A stretch of DNA of 64,000 nt, from the NCBI GenBank assembly GCA_951406725.2, contig OX597820.1, forward strand, positions 116,746,001 to 116,810,000. The letters run 5' to 3'. This document shows, piece after piece, positions 63,627 through 64,000 of this stretch. The notes beneath the pieces were generated by a model. It was given only the letters and a program-made list of their open reading frames with translations, searched no databases and was not told the origin of the DNA. The stretch's first letter is position 1; each line of letters begins with the position of its first letter. This DNA is from Octopus vulgaris. Taxonomy: Eukaryota. Position numbers and translations under genes: made by a program.

Positions 63627-63681
63627 CCACTACCATCATTATGATGGTCATCACAACCATCATCATGATCATTATTATCAG

Positions 63682-63725
<44 letters not shown>

Positions 63726-63727
<2 letters not shown>

Positions 63728-64000
63728 GAGTGAGAGAGCAGTGCATGCCATCAAAGTGACACTGGGGTAAAATATACGAAGCCCAGTATACCCATCATAA
63801 CTACCCGTCTGATAAGGGTACACCAGGCACGTGCATCACAACCATATGTGCGCGACATGGAGATCTCATATCAAGATAAACAGCACATGACCTTGCAAGT
63901 AGGGCCCAGTTAGAATTTTCTTCAGGTTGAGTATCCAATCCTGCACAAAAGGTCCCTGAATAAAGGTTGCTTAAGGATGTTGAACGAAGCACCCATGTTT
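63726..64000 (-). mobile_element. family E element (3' part)
   Basis: Reverse complement of ~895-1170, next to (TTA)n. Confidence 0.75.

Overview
Eukaryotic, AT-rich, repeat-dense animal DNA. The SINE families and microsatellite load look like an octopus (coleoid cephalopod); this is recognition from memory, not a search result. Nearly all ORFs in the supplied track are microsatellite or repeat artefacts. The real gene is a spliced + strand gene assembled by hand from 12 phase-consistent GT-AG coding exons (17645-58315; 2151 nt, 717 aa) that continues past the window end. It encodes six degenerate EF-hand-pair modules arranged in a ~230-aa super-repeat, resembling ciliary microtubule inner proteins of the FAP115/CFAP115 type. 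A perfect RFX X-box (12440-12452) and a probable non-coding first exon lie upstream. The introns hold tRNA-derived SINEs, CR1/L2, RTE, R4/Dong-like and Penelope-like retroelement remnants, mariner/Tc1, hAT, piggyBac and Merlin-like MITEs, Helitrons and a probable solo LTR. The most unusual signals are minimal hammerhead ribozyme motifs from three sequence families inside Penelope-like inverted repeats, a second covarying structured motif next to one hammerhead family, and several long intronic hairpins. Repeat boundaries are approximate unless TSDs or termini are quoted.
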